Below the pieces are notes generated by a model that searched no databases, was not told the origin of the DNA, and was given only the letters and a program-made list of their open reading frames with translations. This document shows positions 10,412 to 24,129 of a stretch of 64,000 bases of DNA, one piece after another. The position numbers and the translations under genes are program-made. This stretch comes from Raillietiella orientalis (lineage: Eukaryota). The DNA lies in contig JAYWIR010000146.1 of the NCBI GenBank assembly GCA_036172245.1, forward strand, positions 1 to 64,000. Direction: 5' to 3'. The stretch's first letter is position 1; each line of letters begins with the position of its first letter.

Positions 10412-13400
10412 CAATTCGAAGTGAGGAGATTTCACCATGCACTCTTGCGCTTTTTCACGAAGCATCCGTTGGCAGCGCGAGGCAATCTACCGTCATGGAT
10501 AACCGCACCACCTTGCGATTTCCTGGTTTCAGAAAAGGATTAAGAAAAGTCCGACATTTGATTAGGCTGGGGCACTTTGCACACCGTGTTGTTTCGATGG
10601 GAACCACTGTCGGAGTTAAAAAGTGAATTTTTTTATTCGATCTCATTCACGGTATGGTATAAATTTACATCTTTTGGTGGTTTGTAATCTATTCGTAGTA
10701 CGGTGATTCCACCATTGCACTTTTGCGCTTCTTCACGAAGCATCCGTTGGCAGCACGTGGAAATCTACCGGCATGGATCACCACACTACCTTGCGATTTC
10801 CTGCGTTTAGAGGTGGATCAAGAAAAGTCCGACGTTTGATTAGTGTGGGACACTTTGCACTCCGTGTTGTTTTGTAAACAACCACTGTCGGAGTTAAGAA
10901 GTGAATTTTTTAATTCGATCTGATTCATGGTATGGTATAAATTTACATCTTTTGCTGGTTTGTAATCAATTCGAAGTGAGGAGATTTCACCATGCACTGT
11001 TGCGCTTTTTCAAGGAGCATCCGTTGCAGCGCGAGGCAATCTACCGTCATGGATAACCGCACCACCTTGCGATTTCCTGGTTTCAAAGGTGGATTAAGAA
11101 AAGTCCGACATTTGATTAGGGTGGGACATTTTGCACTACGTGTTGTTTTGATAACAACCACTGTCGGAGTTAAAAAGTGAATTTTTTAATTCGATCTGAT
11201 TCATGCTATGGTATAAATTTACATCTTTTGCTGGTTTGTAATCAATTCGAAGTGAGGAGATTTCACCATGCACTGTTGCGCTTTTTCACGTAGCATCCGT
11301 TGGCAGCGCGAGGCAATCTACCGTAATGGATAACCGCACCATCATGCGATTTCCTGCTTTCAGAGGTGGATTCAGAAAAGTCCGACATTTCATTAGGGCG
11401 GGGCACTTTGCACTCCGTGTTGTTTTCATGGCAACCACTATCGGAATTAGAAAGTGAATTATTTAATTCGATGTGATTCATTTTATGGTACAAATTTCCA
11501 TCTTTTGCTGGTTTGTAATCAATTCGAAGTGAGGAGATTTCACCATGCACTGTTGCGCTTTTTCACGAAGCATCCGTTGGCAGCGCGAGGCAATCTACCT
11601 TCATAGATCACCACACTACCTTGAGATTTCCTGAGTTTCAAGGTGGATGAAGAATAGTCCGACATTTCATTAGGGCGGGGCCCTTTGCAATCCGTGTTGT
11701 TTTCATGGCAACCACTGTCGGAATTGAAAAGTGAATTATTTAATTCGATCTGAATCATTTTAAGGTACAAATTTACATCTTTTGCTGGTTTGTAATCAAT
11801 CCGTAGTACGGAGATTTCACCATTGCACTTTTGCGCTTCTTCACGAAGCATCCGTTGGCAGCGCGAGGAAATCTACCGGCATGGATCACCACACTACCTT
11901 GCGATTTCCTGCGTTTAGAGGTGGATGAAGAACAGTCCGACATTTCATTAGGGCGGGGCACTTTGCACGCCGTGTTGTTTTCATGGCAACCACTGTCGGA
12001 ATTCAAGTGCGAAATATTTAATTCGATCTGATTCACGGTATGGTATAAATTTACATCTTTTGGTGGTTTGTAATCAATTCGAAGTGAGGAGATTTCACCA
12101 TGCACTGTTGCGCTTTTTCACGAAGCATCCGTTGGCAGCCCGAGGCAATCTACCGTCATGGATAATCGCACCATCATGCGATTTCCTGGTTTCAGAGGTG
12201 GATTGAGAAAATCTTCAAATTTCATTAGGGCGGGGCACTTTGCACTCCGTGTTGTTTTCATGGCAACCACTGTCGGAATTGAAAAGTGAATTATTTAATT
12301 CGATCTGATTCACGGTATGATATAAATTTACATCTTTTGCTGATTTGTAATCAATTCGAAGTGAAGACATTTCACCATGCACTCTTGCGCTTTTTCACGA
12401 AGCATCCGTTGGCAGTGCGAGGCAATCTACCGTCATGGATAACCGCACCACCTTGCGATTTCCTGGTTTCAGAAAAGGATTAAGAAAAGTCCGACATTTG
12501 ATTAGGCTGAGGCACTTTGCACTCCGTGTTGTTTTGATGGCAACCACTGTCGGAGTTAAAAGTGAATTTTTTAATTCGATCTGATTCACGGTATGGTATA
12601 AATTTACATCTTTTGCTGGTTTGTAATCAATTCGTAGTACGGAGATTTCACCATTGCACTTTTGCGCTTCTTCACGAAGCATCCGTTGGCAGCGCGAGGA
12701 AATCTACCGGCATGGATCACCACACTACCTTGCGATTTCCTGCGTTTAGAGGTGGATTAAGAAAAGTCCGACATTTGATTAGGGTGGGACACTTTGCACT
12801 CCGTGTTGTTTTCATGGCAACCACTGTCGGAATTAAAAAGTGAATTTTTTAATTCGATCTGATTCATGGTATGGTATAAATTTACATCTTTTGCTGGTTT
12901 GTAATCAATTCGAAGTGAGGAGATTTCACCATGCACTGTTGCGCTTTTTCACGAAGCATCCGTTGGCAGCGCGAGGCAATCTACCGTCATGGATAACCGC
13001 ACCACCTTGCGATTTCCTGGTTTCAGAGGTGGATTAAGAAAAGTCCGACATTTGATTAGGGTGGGACACTTTGCACTACGTGTTGTTTTGATAACAACCA
13101 CTGTCGGAGTTAAAAAGTGAATTTTTTAATTCGATCTGATTCATATGGTATAAATTTACATCTTTTGCTGGTTTGTAATCAATTCGAAGTGAGGAGATTT
13201 CACCATGCACTGTTGCGCTTTTCACGAAGCATCCGTTGGCAGCGCGAGGCAATCTACCGTCATGGATAACCGCACCACCTTGCGATTTCCTGGTTTCAGA
13301 GGTGGATTAAGAAAAGTCCGACATTTGATTAGGGTGGGGCACTTTGCACTCCGTGTTGTTTTCATGGCAACCACTATCGGAATTAGAAAGTGAATTATTT

Positions 13401-16400
13401 AATTCGATCTGATTCATTTTATGGTACAAATTTACATCTTTTGCTGGTTTGTAATCAATTCGAAGTAAGGAGATTTCACCATTGCACTTTTGGGCTTCTT
13501 CACGAAGCATCCGTTGGCAGCGCGAGGAAATCTACCGGCATAGATCACCACACTACCTTGAGATTTCCTGCGTTTAGAGGTGGATGAAGAATAGTCCGAC
13601 ATTTCATTAGGGCGGGGCACTTTGCACGCCGTGGTTTTCATGGCAACCACTGTCGGAATTCAAAAGTGAATTATTTAATTCGATCTGATTCATGGTATGG
13701 TAAAAATTTACATCTTTTGCTGGTTTGTAATCAATTCGAAGTAAGGAGATTTCACCATTGCACTTTTGCGCTTCTTCACGAAGCATCCGTTGGCAGCGCG
13801 AGGAAATCTACCGGCATGGATCACCACACTACCTTGAGATTTCCTGCGTTTAGAGGTGGATGAAGAACAGTCCGACATTTCATTAGGGCGGGGCACTTTG
13901 CACGCCGTGTTGTTTTCATGGCAACCACTGTCGGAATTGAAGTGCGAAATATTTAATTCGATCTGATTCACGGTATGGTATAAATTTACATCTTTTGCTG
14001 GTTTGTAATCAATTCGAAGTGAGGAGATTTCACCATGCACTCTTGCGCTTTTTCACGAAGCATCCGTTGGCAGCCCGAGGCAATCTACCGTCATGGATAA
14101 CCGCACCACCTTGCGATTTCGTGGTTTCAGAGGAGGATTAAGAAAAGTCCGACATTTGATTAGGCTGGGGCACTTTGCACACCGTGTTGTTTCGATGGGA
14201 ACCACTCTCGGAGTTCAAAAGTGAATTTTTTTATTCGATCTCATTCACGGTATGGTATAAATTTACATCTTTTGGTGGTTTGTAATCTATTCGTAGTACG
14301 GTGAATCCACCATTGCACTTTTGCGCTTCTTCACGAAGCATCCGTTGGCAGAACGTGGAAATCTACCGGCATCGATCACCACACTACCTTGCGATTTCCT
14401 GCGTTTAGAGGTGGATTAAGAAAGGTCCGACATTTGATTAGGGTGGGACACTTTGCACTCCGTGTTGTTTTGATAACAACCACTGTCGGAGTTAAAAAGT
14501 TATTTATTTAATTCGATCTGATTCACGTTATAATATAAATTTACATCTTTTGCTGGTTTGTAATCAATAAGAAGTGAGGAGATTTCACCATGCACTGTTG
14601 CGCTTTTTCACGAAGCATCCGTTGGCAGCGCGAGGCAATCTACCGTCATGGATAACCGCACCACCTTACGATTTCCTGGTTTCAGAGGTGGATTAAGAAA
14701 AGTGCGACATTTGATTAGGGTGGGACACGTTGCACTCCGTGTTGTTTTCATGGCAACCACTGTCGGAGTTAAAAAGTGAATTTTTTAATTCGATCTGATT
14801 CATTTTATGGTACAAATTTACATCTTTTGCTGGTTTGTAATCAATTCGAAGTGAGGAGATTTCACCATTGCACTTTTGCGCTTCTTCACGAAGCATCCAT
14901 TGGCAGCGCGAGGAAATCTACCTTCATAGATCACCACACTACCTTGAGATTTCCTGAGTTTCAAGGTGGATGAAGAATAGTCCGACATTTCATTAGGGCG
15001 GGGCACTTTGCAATCCGTGTTGTTTTCATGGCAACCACTGTCGGAATTGAAAAGTGAATTATTTAATTCGATCTGATTCACGGTATGGTATAAATTTACA
15101 TCTTTTGCTGATTTGTAATCAATTCGAAGTGAAGACATTTCACCATGCACTCTTGCGCTTCTTCACGAAGCATCCGTTGGCAGCCCGTGGCAATCTCCCG
15201 TCATGGAAAAACGCACCACCTTGCGATTTCCTGGATTCAGAGGTGGATTAAAAAAAGTCCCACATTTGATTAGGGTGGGACACTTTGCATTCCGTGTTGT
15301 TTTCATCGCAACCATTCGGAATGAGAAAGGGAATTTTTTTATTCCATCTGAATCATTTTATGGTACAAATTTACATCTTTTGCTGGTTTGTAATGAATTC
15401 GAAGTAAGGAGATTTCACCACTGCACTTTTGCGCTTCTTCACGAAGCATCCATAGGCAGCGCGAGGAAATCTACCGGCATAGATCACCACACTACCTTGA
15501 GAGTTCCTGCGTTTAAAGGTGGATTAAGAATAGTCCGACATTTCATTAGGGCGGGGCAATTTGCAATCCGTGTTGTTGTCATGGCAACCACTGTAGGAAA
15601 TGATAAGTGAATTTTTTAATTCGATCTGATTCATAGTGTGTTACAAATTTACATCTTTTGCTGGTTTGTAATCAATTCGTAGTACGGAGATTTCACGATT
15701 GCACTGTTGCGCTTTTTCACGACGCTTCCGCTGGCAGCGCGAGGCATTCTACCGTCATGGATAACCGCACCACCTTACGATTTCCTGGTTTCAGAGGTGG
15801 ATTAATAAAAGTGCGACATTTGACTAGGGCGGGGCACTTTGCACTTCGTGTTGTTTTCATGGCAACCACTGTCGGAGTTAGAAAGTGAATTTTTTAATTC
15901 GATATGATACATTTTATGGTACAAATTTACATCTTTTGTTGGTTTGTTATCCATTCGTAGTAAAAAGATTTCACCATGCACTGTTGCGCTTTTTCACGAA
16001 GCATCCGTTGGCAGCCCGTGGCAATCTCCCTTCATGGAAAGACGCACCACCTTGCGATTTCCTGGATTCAGAGGTGGAATAAAAAAAGTCCCACATTTGA
16101 TTAGGGTGGGACACTTTGCATTCCGTGTTGTTTTCATGGCAACCATTCGGAATGAGAAGGGGAATTTTTTTATTCGATCTGAATCATTTTATGGTACAAA
16201 TTTACATCTTTTGCTGGTTTGTAATCAATTCGAAGTGAGGAGATTTCACCATGCACTCTTGCGCTTTTTCACGAAGCATCCGTTGGCAGCGCGAGGCAAT
16301 CTACCGTCATGGATAACCGCACCACCTTGCGATTTCCTGGTTTCAGAAAAGGATTAAGAAAAGTCCGACATTTGATTAGGCTGGGGCACTTTGCACACCG

Positions 16401-19400
16401 TGTTGTTTCGATGGGAACCACTGTCGGAGTTAAAAAGTGAATTTTTTTATTCGATCTCATTCACGGTATGGTATAAATTTACATCTTTTGGTGGTTTGTA
16501 ATCTATTCGTAGTACGGTGATTCCACCATTGCACTTTTGCGCTTCTTCACGAAGCATCCGTTGGCAGCACGTGGAAATCTACCGGCATGGATCACCACAC
16601 TACCTTGCGATTTCCTGCGTTTAGAGGTGGATTAAGAAAAGTCCGACATTTGATTAGGGTGGGACACTTTGCACTCCGTGTTGTTTTGAAAACAACCACT
16701 GTCGGAGTTAAAAAGTGAATTTTTTAATTCGATCTGATTCATGGTATGGTATAAATTTACATCTTTTGCTGGTTTGTAATCAATTAGAAGTGAGGAGATT
16801 TCACCATGCACTGTTGCGCTTTTTCACGAAGCATCCGTTGGCAGCGCGAGGCAATCTACCGTAATGGATAACCGCACCATCATGCGATTTCCTGCTTTCA
16901 GAGGTGGATTCAGAAAAGTCCGACATTTCATTAGGGCGGGGCACTTTGCACTCCGTGTTGTTTTCATGGCAACCACTATCGGAATTAGAAAGTGAATTAT
17001 TTAATTCGATCTGATTCATTTTATGGTACAAATTTCCATCTTTCGCTGGTTTGGAATCAATTCGAAGTGAGGAGATTTCACCATGCACTGTTGCGCTTTT
17101 TCACGAAGCATCCCTTGGCAGCGCGAGGCAATCTACCGTCATGGATAACCGCACCACCTTACGATTTCCTGGTTTCAGAGGTGGATTAAGAAAAGTGCGA
17201 CATTTGATTAGGGTGGGACACGTTGCACTCCGTGTTGTTTTCATGGCAACCACTGTCGGAGTTAAAAAGTGAATTTTTTAATTCGATATGATTCATTTTA
17301 TGGTACAAATTTACATCTTTTGCTGGTTTGCAATCAATTCGAAGTGAGTAGATTTCACCATGCACTGTTGCGCTTTTTCACGAAGCATACGTTGGCAGTG
17401 CGAGGCAATCTACCGTCATGGATAACCGCACAACCTTCCGATTTCCTGGTTTAAGAGGTGGATTAAGAGAAGTCCGACATTTGATTAGGGTGGGACACTT
17501 TGCACTCCGTATTGTTTTCATGGCAACCACTGTCGGAATTAGAAAGAGAATTATTTAATTCGATCTGATTCATAGTGTGGTACAAATTTCCATCTTTTGC
17601 TGGTTTGTAATCAATTCGAAGTGAGGAGATTTCACCATGCACTGTTGCGCTTTTTCACGAAGCATCCGTTGGCAGCCTGTGGCAATCTCCCTTCATGGAA
17701 AGACGCACCACCTTGCGATTTCCTGGATTCAGAGGTGGAATAAAAAAAGTCCCACATTTGATTAGGGTGGGACACATTGCATTCCGTGTTGTTTTCATCG
17801 CAACCATTCGGAATGAGAAGGGGAATTTTTTAATTCGATCTGAATCATGTTATGGTACAAATTTACATCTTTTGCTGGTTTGTAATGGATTCGAAGTAAC
17901 GAGATTTCACCATTGCACTTTTGCGCTTCTTCACAAAGCATCCATTGGCAGCGCGAGGAAATCTACCTTCATAGATCACCACACTACCTTGAGATTTCCT
18001 GCGTTTAAAGGTGGATTAAGAATAGTCCTACATTTCATTAGGGCGGGGCAAATTGCAATCCGTGTTGTTGTCATGGCAACCACTGTAGGAAATGATAAGT
18101 GAATTTTTTAATTCGATCTGATTCATAGTGTGTTACAAATTTACATCTTTTGCTGGTTTGTAATCAATTCGTAGTACGGAGATTTCACGATTGCACTGTT
18201 GGGCTTTTTCACGAAGCTTACGCTGGCAGCGCGAGGCAATCTACCGTCATGGATAACCGCACCACCTTACGATTTCCTGGTTTCAGAGGTGGATTAATAA
18301 AAGTGCGACATTTGACTAGGGCGGGGCACTTTGCACTTCGTGTTGTTTTCATGGCAACCACTGTCGGAGTTAAAAAGTGAATTTTTTAATTCGATATGAT
18401 TGATTTTATGGTACAAATTTACATCTTTTGCTGGTTTTTTTTCCATTCGTAGTAAGGAGATTTCACCATTGCACTGTTGCGCTTTTTCACCAAACATACG
18501 TTGGCAGTGCGAGGCAATCTACCGTCGTGGATAACCGCACAACCTTCCGATTTCCTGGTTTAAGAGGTGGATTAAGAGAAGTCCGACATTTGATTAGGGT
18601 GGGACACTTTGCACTCCGTATTGTTTTCATGGCAACCACTGTCGGAATTAGAAAGAGAATTATTTAATTCGATCTGATTCATAGTGTGGTACAAATTTCC
18701 ATCTTTTGCTGGTTTGTAATCAATTCGAAGTGAGGAGATTTCACCATGCACTGTTGCGCTTTTTCACGAAGCATCCGTTGGCAGCCCGTGGCAATCTCCC
18801 TTCATGGAAAGACGCACCACCTTGCGATTTCCTGGATTCAGAGGTGGAATAAAAAAAGTCCCACATTTGATTAGGGTGGGACACTTTGCATTCCGTGTTG
18901 TTTTCATCGCAACCATTCGGAATGAGAAGGGGAATTTTTTTATTCGATCTGAATCATTTTATGGTACAAATTTACATCTTTTGCTGGTTTGTAATCAATT
19001 CGAAGTGAGGAGATTTCACCATGCACTCTTGCGCTTTTTCACGAAGCATCCGTTGGCAGCGCGAGGCAATCTACCGTCATGGATAACCGCACCACCTTGC
19101 GATTTCCTGGTTTCAGAAAAGGATTAAGAAAAGTCCGACATTTGATTAGGCTGGGGCACTTTGCACACCGTGTTGTTTCGATGGGAACCACTGTCGGAGT
19201 TAAAAAGTGAATTTTTTTATTCGATCTCATTCACGGTATGGTATAAATTTACATCTTTTGGTGGTTTGTAATCTATTCATAGTACGGTGATTCCACCATT
19301 GCACTTTTGCGCTTCTTCACGAAGCATCCGTTGGCAGCACGTGGAAATCTACCGGCATGGATCACCACACCACCTTGCGATTTCCTGGTTTGAAAGGTGG

Positions 19401-22400
19401 ATTAAGAAAAGTCCGACATTTGATTAGGGTGGGACACGCTCCACTCCGTGTCGTTTTCATGGCAACCACTGTCGGAATTAGAAAGAGAATTATTTAATTC
19501 GATCTGATTCATAGTGTGGTACAAATTTCCATCTTTTGCTGGTTTGTAATCAATTCAAAGTGAGGAGATTTCACCATGCACTGTTGCGCTTTTTCACGAA
19601 GCATCCGTTGGCAGCCCGTGGCAATCTCCCATCATGGAAAAACGCACCCCCTTGCGATTTCCTGGATTCAGAGGTGGATAAAAAAAAGTCCCACATTTGA
19701 TTAGGGTGAAACACTTTGCATTCCGTGTTGTTTTCATCGCAACCATTGGGAATGAGAAGGGGAATTTTTTTATTCGATCTGAATCATTTTAAGGTACAAA
19801 TTTACATCTTTTGCTGGTTTGTAAAGAATTCGAAGTAACGAGATTTCACCATTGCACTTTTGCGCTTCTTCACGAAGCATCCTTTGGCACCGCGAGGAAA
19901 TCTACCGGCATGGATCACCACACTACCTTGCGATTTCCTGCGTTTAGAGGTGGATGAAGAACAGTCCGACATTTCATTAGGGCGGGGCACTTTGCAATCG
20001 GTGTTGTTGTCATGGCAACCACTGTCGGAAATGATAAGTGAATTATTTAATTCGATCTGATTCACGGTATGGTATAAATTTACATCTTTTGGTGGTTTGT
20101 AATCAATTCGAAGTGAGGAGATTTCACCATGCACTGTTGCGCTTTTTCACGAAGCATCCGTTGGCAGCCCGAGGCAATCTACCGTCATGGATAATCGCAC
20201 CATCATGCGATTTCCTGGTTTCAGAGGTGGATTGAGAAAATCTTCAAATTTCATTAGGGCGGGGCACTTTGCACTCCGTGTTGTTTTCATGGCAACCACT
20301 GTCGGAATTGAAAAGTGAATTATTTAATTCGATCTGATTCACGGTATGGTATAAATTTACATCTTTTGCTGATTTGTAATCAATTCGAAGTGAAGACATT
20401 TCACCATGCACTCTTGCGCTTTTTCACGAAGCATCCGCTGGCAGCGCGAGGCAATCTACCGTCATGGATAACCGCACCACCTTGCGATTTCCTGGTTTCA
20501 GAAAAGGATTAAGAAAAGTCCGACATTTGATTAGGCTGGGGCACTTTGCACACCGTGTTGTTTCGATGGGAACCACTGTCGGAGTTAAAAAGTGAATTTT
20601 TTTATTCGATCTCATTCACGGTATGGTATAAATTTACATCTTTTGGTGGTTTGTAATCTATTCATAGTACGGTGATTCCACCATTGCAATTTTGCGCTTC
20701 TTCACGAAGCATCCGTTGGCAGCACGTGGAAATCTACCGGCATGGATCACCACACTACCTTGCGATTTCCTGCGTTTAGAGGTGGATTAAGAAAAGTCCG
20801 ACATTTGATTAGTGTGGGACACTTTGCACTCCGTGTTGTTTTGAAAACAACCACTGTCGGAGTTAAAAAGTGAATTTTTTAATTCGATCTGATTCATGGT
20901 ATGGTATAAATTTACATCTTTTGCTGGTTTGTAATCAATTAGAAGTGAGGAGATTTCACCATGCACTGTTGCGCTTTTTCAAGAAGCATCCGTTGCAGCG
21001 CGAGGCAATCTACCGTCATGGATAACCGCACCACCTTGCGATTTCCTGGTTTCAAAGGTGGATTAAGAAAAGTCCGACATTTGATTAGGGTGTGACAGTT
21101 TGCACTACGTGTTGTTTTGATAACAACCACTGTCGGAGTTAAAAAGTGAATTTTTTAATTCGATCTGATTCATGCTATGGTATAAATTTACATCTTTTGC
21201 TGGTTTGTAATCAATTCGAAGTGAGGAGATTTCACCATGCACTGTTGCGCTTTTTCACGTAGCATCCGTTGGCAGCGCGAGGCAATCTACCGTAATGGAT
21301 AACCGCACCATCATGCGATTTCCTGCTTTCAGAGGTGGATTCAGAAAAGTCCGACATTTCATTAGGGCGGGGCACTTTGCACTCCGTGTTGTTTTCATGG
21401 CAACCACTATCGGAATTAGAAAGTGAATTATTTAATTCGATGTGATTCATTTTATGGTACAAATTTCCATCTTTTGCTGGTTTGTAATCAATTCGAAGTG
21501 AGGAGATTTCACCATGCACTGTTGCGCTTTTTCACGAAGCATCCGTTGGCAGCGCGAGGCAATCTACCTTCATAGATCACCACACTACCTTGAGATTTCC
21601 TGAGTTTCAAGGTGGATGAAGAATAGTCCGACATTTCATTGGGGCGGGGCACTTTGCAATCCGTGTTGTTTTCATGGCAGCCACTGTCGGAATTGAAAAG
21701 TGAATTATTTAATTCGATCTGAATCATTTTAAGGTACAAATTTACATCTTTTGCTGGTTTGTAATGAATTCGAAGTAACAAGATTTCACCATTGCACTTT
21801 TGCGCTTCTTCACGAAGCATCCTTTGGCAGCGCGAGGAAATCTACCGGCATAGATCACCACACTACCTTGAGATTTCCTGCGTTTAGAGGTGGATGAAGA
21901 ATAGTTTGACATTTCATTAGGGCGGGGCACTTTGCACGCCGTGTTGTTTTCATGGCAACCACTGTCGGAATTCATAAGTGAATTATTTAATTCGATCTGA
22001 TTCACGGTATGGTAAAAATTTACATCTTTTGCTGGTTTGTAATCAATTCGTAGTACGGAGATTTCACCATTGCACTTTTGCGCTTCTTCACGAAGCATCC
22101 GTTGGCAGCGCGAGGAAATCTACCGGCATGGATCACCACACTACCTTGCGATTTCCTGCGTTTAGAGGTGGATGAGGAACAGTCCGACATTTCATTAGGG
22201 CGGGGCACTTTGCACGCCGTGTGGTTTTCATGGCAACCACTGTCGGAATTGAAGTGCGAAATATTTAATTCGATCTGATTCACGGTATTGTATAAATTTA
22301 CATCTTTTGCTGGTTTGTAATCAATTAGAAGTGATGAGATTTCACCATGCACTGTTGCGCTTTTTCAAGAAGCATCCGTTGCAGCGCGAGGCAATCTACC

Positions 22401-24129
22401 GTCATGGATAACCGAACCATCATGCGATTTCCTGCTTTCAGAGGTGGATTCAGAAAAGTCCGACATTTCATTAGGGCGGGGCACTTTGAACTCCTTGTTG
22501 TTTTCATGGCAACCACTATCGGAATTAGAAAGTGAATTATTTAATTCGATCTGATTCATTCTATGGTACAAATTTCCATCTTTCGCTGGTTTGGAATCAA
22601 TTCGAAGTGAGGAGATTTCACCATGCACTGTTGCGCTTTTTCACGAAGCATCCCTTGGTAGCGCGAAGCAATCTACCGTCATGGATAACCGCACCACCTT
22701 ACGATTTCCTGGTTTCAGAGGTGGATTAAGAAAAGTGCGACATTTGATTAGGGTGGGACACGTTGCACTCCGTGTTGTTTTCATGGCAACCACTGTCGGA
22801 GTTAAAAAGTTAATTTTTTAATTCGATATGATTCATTTTATGGTACAAATTATCATCTTTTGCTGGTTTGTAATCAATTCGAAGTGAGGAGATTTCACCA
22901 TGCACTGTTGCGCTTCTTCACGAAGCATCCATTGGCAGCGCGAGGAAATCTACCTTCATAGATCACGAAACTACCTTGAGAGTTCCTGCGTTTAAAGGTG
23001 GATTAAGAATAGTCCGACATTTCATTAGGGCGGGGCAATTTGCAATCCGTGTTGTTTTCATGGCAAAAACTGTCGGAATTGAAAAGTGAATTATTTAATT
23101 CGATCTGATTCACGGTATAGTATAAATTTACATCTTTTGTTGATTTGTAATCAATTCGAAGTGAAGACATTTCACCATGCACTCTTGCGCTTCTTCACGA
23201 AGCATCCGTTGGCAGCCCGTGGCAATCTCCCGTCATGGAAAAACGCACCACCTTGCGATTTCCTGGATTCAGAGGTGGATTAAAAAAAGTCCCACATTTG
23301 ATTAGGGTGGGACACTTTGCATTCCGTGTTGTTTTCATCGCAACCATTCGGAATGAGAAAGGGAATTTTTTTATTCCATCTGAATCATTTTATGGTACAA
23401 ATTTACATCTTTTGCTGGTTTGTAATGAATTCGAAGTAAGGAGATTTCACCACTGCACTTTTGCGCTTCTTCACGAAGCATCCATAGGCAGCGCGAGGAA
23501 ATCTACCGGCATAGATCACCACACTACCTTGAGAGTTCCTGCGTTTAAAGGTGGATTAAGAATAGTCCGACATTTCATTAGGGCGGGGCAATTTGCAATC
23601 CGTGTTGTTGTCATGGCAACCACTGTAGGAAATGATAAGTGAATTTTTTAATTCGATCTGATTCATAGTGTGTTACAAATTTACATCTTTTGCTGGTTTG
23701 TAATCAATTCGTAGTACGGAGATTTCACGATTGCACTGTTGCGCTTTTTCACGACGCTTCCGCTGGCAGCGCGAGGCAATCTACCGTCATGGATAACCGC
23801 ACCACCTTACGATTTCCTGGTTTCAGAGGTGGATTAATAAAAGTGCGACATTTGACTAGGGCGGGGCACTTTGCACTTCGTGTTGTTTTCATGGCAACCA
23901 CTGTCGGAGTTAAAAAGTGAATTTTTTAATTCGATATGATTCATTTTATGGTACAAATTTACATCTTTTGCTGGTTTGTTATCCATTCGTAGTAAGGAGA
24001 TTTCACCATTGCACTGTTGCGCTTTTTCACGAAACATACGTTGGCAGTGCGAGGCAATCTACCGTCATGGGTAACCGCACAACCTTCCGATTTCCTGGTT
24101 TAAGAGGTGGATTAAGAGAAGTCCGACAT

